Positions 10,705-21,566 of a stretch of 64,000 nt of DNA are shown piece after piece. The notes under the pieces are model-generated. The model made no database searches. It worked only from the letters and a program-made list of their open reading frames with translations, and was not told where the DNA came from. Both the position numbers and the translations under genes were made by a program. The stretch is from the IMG/VR virus record IMGVR_UViG_3300028797_000004; one strand, given 5' to 3'. The DNA is from a virus. Taxonomy: Duplodnaviria; Caudoviricetes. Within the stretch, counting starts at the first letter, position 1. Each line of letters begins with the position of its first letter.

Positions 10705-10892
10705 ATACAATGAGAATAAAGAAAAGACCAGTTACAGCTGCTACGCAAAAGACAGCTAACTACGATGAAGCAATTTCATATATACAGTCAGCAATTGAAG
10801 CTCTCGGCATGGAGTCAGGAAAAGACGAAGCTGCAAGAGACGCTATTGCTAATCTGAGTGTAATCTTACTTGATTTGAAAACTGCAAAATAA
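10701..10892 (+). CDS. Small tagged protein (IKKRPVTAA)
   Basis: GGAG RBS; basic leader plus VTAA. Confidence 0.6.
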   Translation: MNTMRIKKRPVTAATQKTANYDEAISYIQSAIEALGMESGKDEAARDAIANLSVILLDLKTAK

Positions 10893-10907
10893 GGAAGTGA
10901 CGTAGGT

Positions 10908-11441
10908 ATGGCCGCTGAAACCTTCAACGACTACACTGTAGTGAATCCGTTAGATACAAAACTCAAGAAGGACGTTGAACGCATGAGGACGTCCTTATTG
11001 GCGTGTACTGATGAAAATGGCATATCACCTAAAAGCGCAGTCCAGATGGTTACTGCGCTTCGTGTTGAACACCAGATGACTCGAATCGTCAGATATCTGG
11101 ACCTGATGGACAAAATAGAGGCTAAGCTATACGATGCAATTGAACAGCAGTTAGATCGGCTTGACCCAACACGTCTATCAACTATAGAGCTGCTTATGAA
11201 CTACCAGGAGCGTCTACAAGATGCAATGATACAAAGTCATAAGTTGCTGCAGCCTTATCTCAGTATTGACACATTCAGTGCTCTTGATTTAACAATCACA
11301 ACAGCATCAAATGCTACACAAGTAGCTACAACAGGTATAGAGATACTCCCTTCTGAGTCTCGTGATAGGCTTCGTACTTCTGCGAAAGCAATTATCATGG
11401 AGCTGCAGAAAGAGAAAGAAGAGGCAGAAAATGCTGTTTGA
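10908..11441 (+). CDS. Putative terminase small subunit
   Basis: Helical 177-aa ORF overlapping the terL start; positional evidence only. Confidence 0.4.
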   Translation: MAAETFNDYTVVNPLDTKLKKDVERMRTSLLACTDENGISPKSAVQMVTALRVEHQMTRIVRYLDLMDKIEAKLYDAIEQQLDRLDPTRLSTIELLMNYQERLQDAMIQSHKLLQPYLSIDTFSALDLTITTASNATQVATTGIEILPSESRDRLRTSAKAIIMELQKEKEEAENAV

Positions 11442-13794
11442 CGATATACCTGAGAAGATCTACAAGATATATCATAGCTGTACACCTGATGAACAGAAAA
11501 TATTGATGCAGATCCTGAAAGAGCTCAGTGATTCTGATATGGGCTACTCTCCTACATATACTGATATCTGGCTTGCCGATTATAAGGAGATCCCAGTTGA
11601 CATCGACACATTCTTAAATGATGATTTGTATCTAGGTAGAACAAACCGCAACGGAGCAGCTGTATATCCTTTCTGGCGAAACGAATTACACACCGTATTT
11701 GATGCAGGCAATAAATTCTATGAGTGGATACTTACTGGTGCTACTCGTATCGGCAAGACGTCTACGTTCAACTCAGGTATGGCATATATGCTATATAAGC
11801 TGATGTGTCTGCGTAATCCGCAAGCGTTTTTTGGTAAAAAAGATGTTACACAATTCAGTGTATTATTCTTTAATCTAACTGAAGAATTAGCTAGGGGCGT
11901 AGCGTTTCGAGAATTTAACGACACGATAGCAGCAAGCCCTTGGTTCTTACAAAATGGACGAATGTCCAGCTCTAAAGAAAACTCATATTACATTCCTGAT
12001 GGCGGTAAAGTATCTATCGACTTCGGTAGTTCTTATGCACATGGTCTTGGTAAACATGTTTACTGCTTAATTGCTGAAACATCTGTACTCACCAAAGATG
12101 GATACAAAACATTAGGTGAGCTCGCTAAGAAGAAAACAGCAGTAGAGATTGCACAGTATGACCCTGCAGGAAGAGTTGAGTTTTCAAAAGCTAAGGTGCA
12201 ATGCACAAAGCTTACGCACATTACAGTAAAGCTCACGCTTGAGGATGGATCTTGCATTGAGGGATCAAAAGATCATCTGATGCTTACATCGCTCAACAAG
12301 TATAAGTCACTTAGCGATTTCGCAGTAGGTGAAGCGCTTCTATGCTATCAAAGCAAACCTGTGAAGGTCACCGCTACTAAAGTAGTATTGCATACACGTG
12401 AGCCAGTACAGCTGTATGATGTAATTGACATCAAGCCTCACCATAATTTCATTATAAAGGACAAATCACACTTCATATCTCATAACTGCTGCGCTATGGA
12501 CGAGATCAACTTCTCACAAGCTGGTATTCGTGATGTAACTAAAGCGAAAACTCGTATGCGAGAAGTATACAACGTATTGTCAACTCGTGTGAAAGGTACA
12601 TTTAAGCACGGCGGTGAAGTCTTCGGTAAGATTTTCGCAGCATCGTCTAAGCGTAGTGATAGTGACTTCATGGAAGATTATATCGCTGAGCAGATGGCTG
12701 CTGGTGCTGCTGAGCACATGCACGTATCTGGTGCACCACAATGGGAAGTACTACCACCTGGCACATTCTCAGAGAAGAAATTCTACATTGCTGTAGGTGA
12801 CCGGCATCACAAAGGCTTTGTAGTGCCTGATAACCAAACAAGTGAAGAAGATCTCAATGCTCTAAAGCAGCAAGGTTATGCATTGATGACACCTCCTATC
12901 GACATGAGGTCGGACTTCGTAGCTGATTTCAACGTAGCGTTGCGAGACCTAGCGGGTGTAGCTGTTCCAGGTTCTATGTCATTTATCACACAAGAACTGA
13001 TCACCGCATGCATCACAAAGAAGCGTAGAAATCCATTCCATCAAGATATTCTTGAAATCGGTGTACACGATTCTTACTCTATTGAAGAATTCTTCCACAT
13101 AGAAGACATCACACCAGAAATTAAAGCTGCAGGGTTGTATATACATCTTGACCTTGCGCTGAATACAGACCGTGCTGGTATATCTGGTGCGGGCATCATA
13201 GGTAGAAAAGACGTAGAAGTCACTGTACCAGGACAGGAGTCTAAAACAATGTCATTGCCTGTAGTAGGTCATGGCTTCTCAATTGCAATACAAGCACCTC
13301 GCGGTGATAAGATCCCATATGATAAGATACTCAAGTTCATCTTATGGCTGAGAAAAATAGGCTTACACATACATGTAGTTAGTCGAGACCAGTTCCAGAG
13401 TGAATACATGGGTCAGCTACTTGATACTAATGGTTTCAAAGAGGAGAAGATCTCGCTTGATAGAACACCAGATGGTTATGAATGCTTGAGGTCGCTGTTT
13501 GCTGAGCAACGTGTAGAGATGCTTGATGTACAGTTACTCCAAGACGAACTCATTCACTTACAACAAGACGCTATCTCACGTCGTGTGGACCACCCAACTG
13601 GGTCAGGAAAGGATGTTGCTGACTCCTTTGCAGGTGCAGTATGGCAAGCTATAAAGTACAACGAAGGTATACTTGTGCCGAAAACAAAGATAGCATCAGC
13701 TATCAGAAATGTAAATGCGACAAACAGAAGCGCATCAAAACCAACACCAAGATTTCCTGGTCTTCCAGGTATGGGCAAATTCAAAATATATTAA
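11431..13794 (+). CDS. terL: Terminase large subunit containing an intein
   Basis: GATRIGKT Walker A, CAMDE Walker B, HLDLA nuclease motif, DHP..GKDVADS; true start probably ATG 11431. Confidence 0.9.
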   Translation: MLFDDIPEKIYKIYHSCTPDEQKILMQILKELSDSDMGYSPTYTDIWLADYKEIPVDIDTFLNDDLYLGRTNRNGAAVYPFWRNELHTVFDAGNKFYEWILTGATRIGKTSTFNSGMAYMLYKLMCLRNPQAFFGKKDVTQFSVLFFNLTEELARGVAFREFNDTIAASPWFLQNGRMSSSKENSYYIPDGGKVSIDFGSSYAHGLGKHVYCLIAETSVLTKDGYKTLGELAKKKTAVEIAQYDPAGRVEFSKAKVQCTKLTHITVKLTLEDGSCIEGSKDHLMLTSLNKYKSLSDFAVGEALLCYQSKPVKVTATKVVLHTREPVQLYDVIDIKPHHNFIIKDKSHFISHNCCAMDEINFSQAGIRDVTKAKTRMREVYNVLSTRVKGTFKHGGEVFGKIFAASSKRSDSDFMEDYIAEQMAAGAAEHMHVSGAPQWEVLPPGTFSEKKFYIAVGDRHHKGFVVPDNQTSEEDLNALKQQGYALMTPPIDMRSDFVADFNVALRDLAGVAVPGSMSFITQELITACITKKRRNPFHQDILEIGVHDSYSIEEFFHIEDITPEIKAAGLYIHLDLALNTDRAGISGAGIIGRKDVEVTVPGQESKTMSLPVVGHGFSIAIQAPRGDKIPYDKILKFILWLRKIGLHIHVVSRDQFQSEYMGQLLDTNGFKEEKISLDRTPDGYECLRSLFAEQRVEMLDVQLLQDELIHLQQDAISRRVDHPTGSGKDVADSFAGAVWQAIKYNEGILVPKTKIASAIRNVNATNRSASKPTPRFPGLPGMGKFKIY
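12064..12486 (+). mobile_element. Mini-intein (141 aa, no endonuclease) in TerL
   Basis: Starts CLIAETSVLT, block B GSKDH, block F LYDVID, ends SHN followed by a +1 Cys; splicing restores KHVY-CCAMDE. Confidence 0.9.
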
Positions 13795-13805
13795 GGAGGT
13801 AGGAC

Positions 13806-15398
13806 ATGGAAAACCGTTTCAGTCCAATCAAAGCACCTCATTGCTGTACATCATTGCAGCCAGGTGCAACAGTAACACTTGTACCTTATGGTGTACTGAT
13901 AACAATACAGTACAGCTCAGAAGGTAACATCGAAAAAATCTACACAGGGGTGTACCCTTCGGGACAAGATGTAACGCCTAAGCTGATGAACAAATTTATT
14001 GACAATGCTGTAGCGCCAACGAAAATTAATATTACAGGCGGTACCACATGGGTTGTAGGTGTTATAGTACCACAAGGTATAATCTTTCAAGAAGGTACCG
14101 TCTCGACAGACATCGTAAATGATATGGTGGACGCTGATCCATCTACTTATCAATTTTATGCTGCATACATTGAGAGTAACGCAATAGCGTTCCACAATAT
14201 ACAATCAATCAATCATGTGTTGAGTACATACGGATTCAAGACATTACCTATGTGGGTAGTTCCTTTCGCAGGTGTATCTCAAGCAATCATGGATTCTTGG
14301 TTCAGTGCTGACACATGGATTTTCTCTACAAAGGTAGTTATGAACTATGTTTCATGGATGAACGGAGAGAAGTCTTGGTATACAACAGATCTGCATCAGT
14401 TAGAGGTTGATAGAGTTCAAGTTGATACAGATGCTGCAACTGGTATTGTTCATGCTACGCTGTATAATACTTCCGGTGAGCACATAGCTGTATCTATGTA
14501 TGATATATACAAGTATCAGATCCAGAAAGGCGCTATGGTGCTGCTTGATGCAATAGGTACAGTATTGCTTTCAGTCCCAACAGGTAAACACAAACAATCA
14601 CATGTGTCTAACACTATCACTTGTGCATACTGTGGTAAACAGTATAAGGTACAACCTGGTATTGAAACTATCTGTCCTGACACACACTGCACATCTAGAT
14701 TAGTTGAACGTATTAAGTTAATGCTTAATATGTTTAATTTACCTATCAATTATTCTGATGATGAGTGGTCCGAGAAGATAGCATCAAAACATCTCATGTG
14801 TTTAACAGATGTGTTCACGCTTCCTGTATTTGAGCACATGGAGATTACAACAACTCTTGCAAACATTCTCAGAGCTTTGATTCCAATATCTCTTATCAGG
14901 AGTAATGATGTGTTTGAAGAATTTGCAAATAGATGCAACAATAACGTAACCACATTTCAGTATTATGTCACAAACTTCGACAGAGCTGAGTTTGATCTCA
15001 ATTTTCATCACACTGATGCCCCTAAGCTGGGCTGCTGGCTGAGTGAGCCTGCTAATGCTTCTGATGTAGCTGCTGTGCTGATGCTACCTAACCTTACAGT
15101 AACCGGTACAGGTAGAAGCTACAATGGTGCACCAATCTTCAGAAATAAACGGTTCTTCATCACTGGCGGATTCAAACGTGGTGCAATCAATGAAATAGCT
15201 GATTTCCTTCGCAGTTATTCCGCAGAGGTGTACACAGAATGGAATGACAAGATCAATGCTGTAGTTGTGGGCTCAACGCGCACAAACATAGACGGCCAAG
15301 CTATCTATAAAGCTCGCATGAAAGAGATTGACATATTTGACGAAGATGAATTTTTCACATGGTGCGATCTAGATTCGGACCTTGCGAACCTACAATAA
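13806..15398 (+). CDS. Degenerate NAD-dependent DNA ligase-like protein (Zn finger plus BRCT)
   Basis: CAYC..CPDTHC Zn finger; C-terminal BRCT (KRFFITG..VVG..KA); no KxDG motif at the expected position. Confidence 0.65.
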   Translation: MENRFSPIKAPHCCTSLQPGATVTLVPYGVLITIQYSSEGNIEKIYTGVYPSGQDVTPKLMNKFIDNAVAPTKINITGGTTWVVGVIVPQGIIFQEGTVSTDIVNDMVDADPSTYQFYAAYIESNAIAFHNIQSINHVLSTYGFKTLPMWVVPFAGVSQAIMDSWFSADTWIFSTKVVMNYVSWMNGEKSWYTTDLHQLEVDRVQVDTDAATGIVHATLYNTSGEHIAVSMYDIYKYQIQKGAMVLLDAIGTVLLSVPTGKHKQSHVSNTITCAYCGKQYKVQPGIETICPDTHCTSRLVERIKLMLNMFNLPINYSDDEWSEKIASKHLMCLTDVFTLPVFEHMEITTTLANILRALIPISLIRSNDVFEEFANRCNNNVTTFQYYVTNFDRAEFDLNFHHTDAPKLGCWLSEPANASDVAAVLMLPNLTVTGTGRSYNGAPIFRNKRFFITGGFKRGAINEIADFLRSYSAEVYTEWNDKINAVVVGSTRTNIDGQAIYKARMKEIDIFDEDEFFTWCDLDSDLANLQ

Positions 15399-15413
15399 CA
15401 ATGAGGTGATAAC

Positions 15414-16919
15414 ATGGCTTCATTCTCCTTATTACGTAGACTTCGTAAGAAGTGGAAGCGCCAAGATCGAGACGAACGTAGACCATCTTTCTTACGAAGA
15501 TTAGTTTCAGGTACATTCTTCAGACCGTCAGACCTGAAACAAAGTAGTGATTTAGCTACAATTCGGTCAAAAATAGATATGATGCGAGCTCTTGCGAAAG
15601 ACTCGCAGATAGCTACAGCAATATCTTATTATGCTACAGATGCTACACAAGTGAATAGCGCGGGACAGATTATCTGGGCTACTTCTGAGAAAGAAGAGAT
15701 CGCAAATGTAATCAATGATTTGTTCAAGCGACTAAAAGTGAACAGATACGTTCGTGACCACATAGTTGAGCTTACAACTATTGGTAATGCGTATATGCCT
15801 ACTACACTCATGTACAAGACTTTGTCCAAGGACAGAATCGCAAATGGTGTAGCTCTTGATAACAATACAATTATTGATGACAAATTCGATTTAGTTCCAG
15901 CTTACATGATTCCTCCAGAGGATATTGTACACCTTTGGTCTGAGGGCCAGCCTCAGGGCTATGGGTACAAGCCTGAGGAAGATGAATCAATCGAGTTCGT
16001 TCGCTTCCCTGAAGATGCTGTAATCCATTTTTCATTGGGTGGATGTTTAGGTAAGTACTCCCTTTCAACTCGTGACCCTAAGACTGGTGACGAAGTAGAC
16101 TGGGACATACAGTTTGCCGATCCATTACTTGAAGCAGCTGTAACTCCTACACAGACTCTTAACTTACTTGAAGATGCGTTGCTACTTTCCTCTTTCGTTC
16201 GCGTAGTCAAATTTATCAATGTTGACTGTCGTGAGGCAGAGGAAGAAGAAATTCAGAATACTCTTCAGCAGGTTAAGGATGCTGTTGAGCAGCAGCTTTC
16301 AATTGATACCAATACAGGCAGAGCTGAAAGCTATCTGAATCCGCAAGCACCTAATAACTTCATCTATGTCCCTAAGGTAGATGCAACAGATCCAATTTCT
16401 GTTACAGACCTTAACATGACTGAAGCAAACGATGCTGAGAACAAGATGTTAGATCACTTTGAGACCAAGAAGCTTTCAGTACTTGGTATTCCAAAGGAAG
16501 CATTGAACTATTCGTCTAATGAGGGTCTTGGCGGTGCAGGCTCTGTAATGTCCCAAAGATCTGCACTATACGCTAATTCACTTCAACGAATTGAGCAAGC
16601 TTATCTTGATGGCTGGACAGAAGGCCTCAATGCTTATTTCAGAAATCGTAACATGGGTGGATTTGTTGATAAGTTTGAGCTTCATATGCAGCCTATCATT
16701 ACACTACAATCTACTGTACAGTTTGATAAGCGCGATGCTGCGCTCAATCAGGCAATTCAGTATGCACAGCTCTTAAGAGATAACGGCGTAACTGATCCGC
16801 AGACATACCAAGAAGGTTTTGTAGAGATCCTTAGCGAGACCTTCCCGAAGATCGGAACAGCTGCTGCATCTTGGAGCGTTAACATAGTAACCGACGGAGG
16901 TGGCGGTGATGAATACTAA
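15414..16919 (+). CDS. Portal protein
   Basis: About 500 aa after terL; IATAISYYATDAT, VIHF, LEDALLL, LGIPKEAL patterns. Confidence 0.8.
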   Translation: MASFSLLRRLRKKWKRQDRDERRPSFLRRLVSGTFFRPSDLKQSSDLATIRSKIDMMRALAKDSQIATAISYYATDATQVNSAGQIIWATSEKEEIANVINDLFKRLKVNRYVRDHIVELTTIGNAYMPTTLMYKTLSKDRIANGVALDNNTIIDDKFDLVPAYMIPPEDIVHLWSEGQPQGYGYKPEEDESIEFVRFPEDAVIHFSLGGCLGKYSLSTRDPKTGDEVDWDIQFADPLLEAAVTPTQTLNLLEDALLLSSFVRVVKFINVDCREAEEEEIQNTLQQVKDAVEQQLSIDTNTGRAESYLNPQAPNNFIYVPKVDATDPISVTDLNMTEANDAENKMLDHFETKKLSVLGIPKEALNYSSNEGLGGAGSVMSQRSALYANSLQRIEQAYLDGWTEGLNAYFRNRNMGGFVDKFELHMQPIITLQSTVQFDKRDAALNQAIQYAQLLRDNGVTDPQTYQEGFVEILSETFPKIGTAAASWSVNIVTDGGGGDEY

Positions 16920-17265
16920 TGATGTGAAACTTTCACACGTATTCTTCTCAGAGCTAAAACAATTCAATGGTACAAATTTCAAAACACTGAAGGAAGCAAG
17001 TTTAGATAGTGTTTCAGATGTTCCACCTGAGCAGCTGAAAGCATTCAGTTCTGTCACAACAAGGTATTTTATCTTCTGCGAGAAGCACCCTGAGATACCT
17101 GCTGATCGACTTAAGATGCTCTACTATCAGCTTAAGATAGATATGATAGCAAGATTCTTTTCATCGTATCCTGCTATCAATACATCAGACTTGATTGCTT
17201 TTCAACGAGAGCTTCAGTGTTTCCTGGAGGAGGGGAACATAGATGCCGAACGAACTGCGGTATAG
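16909..17265 (+). CDS. Hypothetical protein
   Basis: Coupled to the portal gene. Confidence 0.55.
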   Translation: MNTNDVKLSHVFFSELKQFNGTNFKTLKEASLDSVSDVPPEQLKAFSSVTTRYFIFCEKHPEIPADRLKMLYYQLKIDMIARFFSSYPAINTSDLIAFQRELQCFLEEGNIDAERTAV

Positions 17266-17857
17266 TATAACAGACTGGCACCAGGCTCCTGCTGCTAAGT
17301 CCAATAACAGTGATGAACTACATATACATGTAACAGATCTGATTACTACAGAAATTTCAGGTCTGTGCATCAGCGTAGAGCATGATGAATTAGGTACACT
17401 ATTTGCAACACTTGTAAATGCTTCTGGTACAGATCTAACGCCCGACGAGTCTGAACTTGTGTTTGAGCTGCCGCTAGAAACAATCATACATATTCTGTAT
17501 ACATTTGGTTTCATCATTGAGTTTGACGAAAAGTTGCATCTACCTACTTCTCAGATTGAGTTTCTTAGATCACTTCAAGGCCTTAACTTCGATAAGCTTC
17601 GCGTGCTGAATGTTAGAAAGCAAGCTGGCACAGAGATTACAACAGCTGACTGGTATGTAGTAGCATTCAATGCGCAGAAGAACCCAAATTGGCTTATGAA
17701 TATGTATGTAGCTTCGTGGAAAGAATTTCAAGATGCTACTTCGTCAGGATCTGCTATTAATCTTTCAGATGCAACCAATCGTGACATACATCGATGGTCT
17801 TGGAATTGGCTCAATTTCGTGGCTAACATATCTGATATACTTGATAATCAACAGTGA
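17243..17857 (+). CDS. Hypothetical structural-region protein
   Basis: GGAGG RBS; lies in the late operon. Confidence 0.55.
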   Translation: MPNELRYSITDWHQAPAAKSNNSDELHIHVTDLITTEISGLCISVEHDELGTLFATLVNASGTDLTPDESELVFELPLETIIHILYTFGFIIEFDEKLHLPTSQIEFLRSLQGLNFDKLRVLNVRKQAGTEITTADWYVVAFNAQKNPNWLMNMYVASWKEFQDATSSGSAINLSDATNRDIHRWSWNWLNFVANISDILDNQQ

Positions 17858-17868
17858 GGTGATATGTC

Positions 17869-18408
17869 GTGAACTTGATAGGTAAAGACATAGAACTTAG
17901 ACGTAAGCAGTATGACGAAGCACTTGAAAAGCTTGGTGTACCTTGCAAGTATCAATACCCAAATATGCCTGACTCTAATGTGCACGGCGAAGCAGTAGTA
18001 GATAGCTATTCTGATATGATCGGCACATATGTGTTCTTCGATGGTTCGCCCAAGGTCAAGACGTATCGTAGATATGGTTGGGTAGTAGAGAACGACGAGA
18101 ACTTACCTTTTCTTGTGCATTGCAGTTTTCACTTGCCGTTCTTGCAGAAAGATTCGCTGTTCTACATACACGGACAATACACAGGTATGAAAGATAGAGT
18201 ATTCAGAGTAACAGAGCTTACTTGCTCAATGCAAGCGCCAGACCACATGATTGCTCAAGTAGTTCCTGTATGTGAAAAGCAAACAGTAGGTCGCACAGAG
18301 GCTGAAGTAGCTAAGACGTTTACCACATCAAATCATTTTATCAAAGACAAGACAGACTATCGCGGTCACTATTATGATACAGATTCTTATGAAAAGAAGA
18401 AAGGGTGA
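17869..18408 (+). CDS. Putative neck/head-closure protein
   Basis: Position between portal and sheath; beta-rich. Confidence 0.45.
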   Translation: MNLIGKDIELRRKQYDEALEKLGVPCKYQYPNMPDSNVHGEAVVDSYSDMIGTYVFFDGSPKVKTYRRYGWVVENDENLPFLVHCSFHLPFLQKDSLFYIHGQYTGMKDRVFRVTELTCSMQAPDHMIAQVVPVCEKQTVGRTEAEVAKTFTTSNHFIKDKTDYRGHYYDTDSYEKKKG

Positions 18409-18413
18409 GGTAG

Positions 18414-19010
18414 ATGCTCTATTTATATGATAAAGCAATCGTTAAAGATTTAAACGAAAGCTTCAATGAAGACATAGCACACCCTGTAATCAAAGTAATT
18501 GAGCCTGACGGTGTGCTAGGTCTTGCTGCACAGATACAGAATGATGAAATTCAGTTTCCGGTCATCGCATTATCTAGGGCTGAGAATTACGATGTAGACA
18601 CCAACCTAATTAATTTCACACGAGCTACTATGGGAGTACCTTGTGGGTTCGACAACGAAACTAATAACATATACTCAGAACATGCAATACCTATCACATT
18701 AACATATGCGCTTACAATTCTGACAACTAATCAAGCTGACATGGACGAGCTTGTCAGAGAGATTCTATTCAAGTACCGTCGTCAGTATTTCCTGACCATT
18801 ACAGTGCCATATGAGTCAAAGCGTAAGATTCGGTTTGCAATAATCAAGGACCCAAATGCTGATATACAAGCTGATTCTCGTCAGTTAGGATACATACAAG
18901 AAGGCAAACTTTATCAGACTGTAATCCCACTATCTACCATTGGCTGCAACTTGATTCATTATACTAAACAGCATCTGAGACGAATTGTCCCTGAGGTTCA
19001 TGCTCAGTAA
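18414..19010 (+). CDS. Putative tail completion/terminator protein
   Basis: FPVIALSR...PITLTY.LTILT..QADMDELVREILF pattern; lies before the sheath gene. Confidence 0.6.
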   Translation: MLYLYDKAIVKDLNESFNEDIAHPVIKVIEPDGVLGLAAQIQNDEIQFPVIALSRAENYDVDTNLINFTRATMGVPCGFDNETNNIYSEHAIPITLTYALTILTTNQADMDELVREILFKYRRQYFLTITVPYESKRKIRFAIIKDPNADIQADSRQLGYIQEGKLYQTVIPLSTIGCNLIHYTKQHLRRIVPEVHAQ

Positions 19011-19074
19011 TATACATCAGTAAGGTTCACAACTCATGTGAACCTTATATTTTTATGTATAATATTCAGGTGAG

Positions 19075-19347
19075 GTGATCACAGTGAGATATCGCAACAT
19101 ATCGAACTCAACGCTTACATTCTATGGCGTAACTTTTGCACCTGGTGATGTTAAGGACGTACCTGGAGCTATCAATGCAGCTCAGTTCATACGTACTGAC
19201 GAACCTGTAACAGAAGATGCTCCTGAGAATAAAGCTGATACAAAAGTTGCAGCTAAGACTACTGAAGAGAAACCTGCAACTAAATCAACAAAAACAACTT
19301 CTGAAAAGAAGAAGGAGGTAAAAACAGATGGCACAGATAACGATTAA
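19075..19347 (+). CDS. Small virion-associated protein with a Lys/Thr-rich tail
   Basis: Overlaps the sheath start; late motif upstream. Confidence 0.5.
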   Translation: MITVRYRNISNSTLTFYGVTFAPGDVKDVPGAINAAQFIRTDEPVTEDAPENKADTKVAAKTTEEKPATKSTKTTSEKKKEVKTDGTDND

Positions 19348-21493
19348 TGAAATATCGCAGAACTATACATTCAATGTTGGTGATGCTCAATATGCTACAG
19401 TTGCTATGCCGATTACTGCTGCTTGGGGACCTGCTTACACAGACCCTGCAAAGGAGTATGGTTCTGGTGATAAGGCTAATATTGACAAGATGATGGAGCA
19501 AACCAGATGGTTGCACTTTGCATCTAATCAAGCTGGTCTTGAGTCTTTTGTAGCTACATTCAGAGGTCCTGCAAGCAACTGGAAGGTAGCAAAGGATTAT
19601 TCATATCATCAGGCAATCACACTTCTTGCTGCTGGTTATGATGTACTTGTATGTAGAGTCTGCCCAGGTAATAAGGCTGAAGCTAATTTTGAGAACGCAG
19701 GTCACACTCCGCTTCTCAACGTTAAGGCCAAGTATGCTGGCGTATTCGGCAATAACCTTAGAGTTACACTCAATCCTATATCAGTTAGTGATGGATCTAA
19801 ATATACATCAATGGTTGTTTACGCGATCAACGATGACGGAAGCATGACTGCTCTTGAGAATCTCATCTTCTGCTTTGATCTGGATAATCCTAATTATACA
19901 GACGGCGATGTTCCTCACATCTCTGAGGTAGAGTCAGCTTATGTAGTGCTTCTCAATCGTCTTTGTACAGATGCAACATTCACAACTGCTACTTCTGTTA
20001 CACTTACAGGCGGCTCTGATACACTCTCTGTTGATACTACAGATATTCCACATACAACTACAGGTACACCTGAAGTAACCACTTGGTACGCGCTTGAGTC
20101 AGCTAACACACCATCTCAGACATGGCCAAACGATTATTTCTCACTTACACAAGATCCTACTACTAAAGTATGGACCGCTACTCCTGTAACACAAGGTACT
20201 GAGTATGAGAAAGATACCTATTACTTTGCTACATCGCAAGAGATTGCAACAGGCAGCGCATACGCTGTACAAGGCTTCCAGCTCGCTTCCATCAGATACA
20301 ACTGGCTCGCTCAGACTGATGCAGCTATCACAACTGATGACGGATTCAAGCTCGGCGTAACTAGATCTACTCCCGCAGGTGCAACTTGTGCATATAGAAA
20401 TGCATGGAACAACATCGGCGGTGGTTGGGCTTCAATCATTGCTAATGCTCATATGGAGTGGTGCTACAATGCAGCATTTCTAGTATATCAGCTCCTCAAG
20501 GATAAGCTCAACTACAATCCTCAGAGAATTATTTCTCCTGGTTGGGACGACCAGAACATCTACAGAATTACAGGAAATGTTGCAATGTTCGGTGATACAG
20601 TCGGCGGTGCGCAGTATCCATTGAACGAAGTTTCTGCTATACAGCAAGTTATCATGGATGCAGCATTCTGGAGCAGATGTGCTACAGGATACATCGACAT
20701 TCCGAAGTCTTGCCCAAGAAGTCTTGTGTGGAATCCAGATAGTACAAATCCTGGTTATTCTCAGATGCTTGCTCGTATCCAGATCCCAGATTCAATGCTT
20801 CTTTCAAGCAACGGAAACGCAGCACTGTATACAACACACTATGCACTGTTTGCGCCTTGGGGCCAGTATACTTATTCTGGTACATCTAAGATGGCAACAG
20901 CTTCACCTTCATTCCTGGCTCTTATGATTCAGAGAGCTCAGATCCTTAATCAGTCTTCACAGTATGAATGGCTGCTTCCTGAGAACAGAAAGCACAACCT
21001 CAAGATTGGTAAGATGGATTATGAGGTACCTGATAAGCTTCGCAAGAAGTGGCAGAACCTTGAGGGTGCAAGCCTCAACATCATCACATATATTCCTGAT
21101 TACAATATCAATATCTGGGGCAACTCAACTTGTTATGAAGTACCGCCAGCAACATATCAAGCTCTTGCAAATCTCTCAACTCGCTTCCTCTTCGGTGCGA
21201 TAGAAAATCAGGTTTACAAGATTGGTATCAGCATCACATGGCAGTACAATGTAGAAAGTGCTTATGCAAAGTTCTATGCAGGCGTTCGTCCTCTGCTTGA
21301 TACTATGCGTCAGCTCAATGCTATCACCGATTACAAGATCGAGATGAGCGCAGACATCAACGGAGTAGACCATGTAAATGCTAATACCGTGGTAGGCAAG
21401 ATCTACATCTGTGTCGCTGGTGTAATCAATGACATCGTAGTAGACCTCATCGCATTGCCTCAGGGTACTTCCCTTGCTGGATTCGGCGAGTAA
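19328..21493 (+). CDS. Contractile tail sheath protein
   Basis: WGP, AKYAGVFGNNLRV, LTGG, IWGNST, LSTRFL and the C-terminal sheath pattern. Confidence 0.88.
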   Translation: MAQITINEISQNYTFNVGDAQYATVAMPITAAWGPAYTDPAKEYGSGDKANIDKMMEQTRWLHFASNQAGLESFVATFRGPASNWKVAKDYSYHQAITLLAAGYDVLVCRVCPGNKAEANFENAGHTPLLNVKAKYAGVFGNNLRVTLNPISVSDGSKYTSMVVYAINDDGSMTALENLIFCFDLDNPNYTDGDVPHISEVESAYVVLLNRLCTDATFTTATSVTLTGGSDTLSVDTTDIPHTTTGTPEVTTWYALESANTPSQTWPNDYFSLTQDPTTKVWTATPVTQGTEYEKDTYYFATSQEIATGSAYAVQGFQLASIRYNWLAQTDAAITTDDGFKLGVTRSTPAGATCAYRNAWNNIGGGWASIIANAHMEWCYNAAFLVYQLLKDKLNYNPQRIISPGWDDQNIYRITGNVAMFGDTVGGAQYPLNEVSAIQQVIMDAAFWSRCATGYIDIPKSCPRSLVWNPDSTNPGYSQMLARIQIPDSMLLSSNGNAALYTTHYALFAPWGQYTYSGTSKMATASPSFLALMIQRAQILNQSSQYEWLLPENRKHNLKIGKMDYEVPDKLRKKWQNLEGASLNIITYIPDYNINIWGNSTCYEVPPATYQALANLSTRFLFGAIENQVYKIGISITWQYNVESAYAKFYAGVRPLLDTMRQLNAITDYKIEMSADINGVDHVNANTVVGKIYICVAGVINDIVVDLIALPQGTSLAGFGE

Positions 21494-21530
21494 GATACAC
21501 GCCTTAATAATACAACATCCTTTCAAAGAG

Positions 21531-21566
21531 AAACACCTGGTGTAGAGATACATCAGGTGTTTTTCT
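21531..21566 (+). terminator. Rho-independent terminator after the sheath gene
   Basis: AAACACCTGGTGTA/TACATCAGGTGTTT hairpin plus T tract. Confidence 0.75.
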
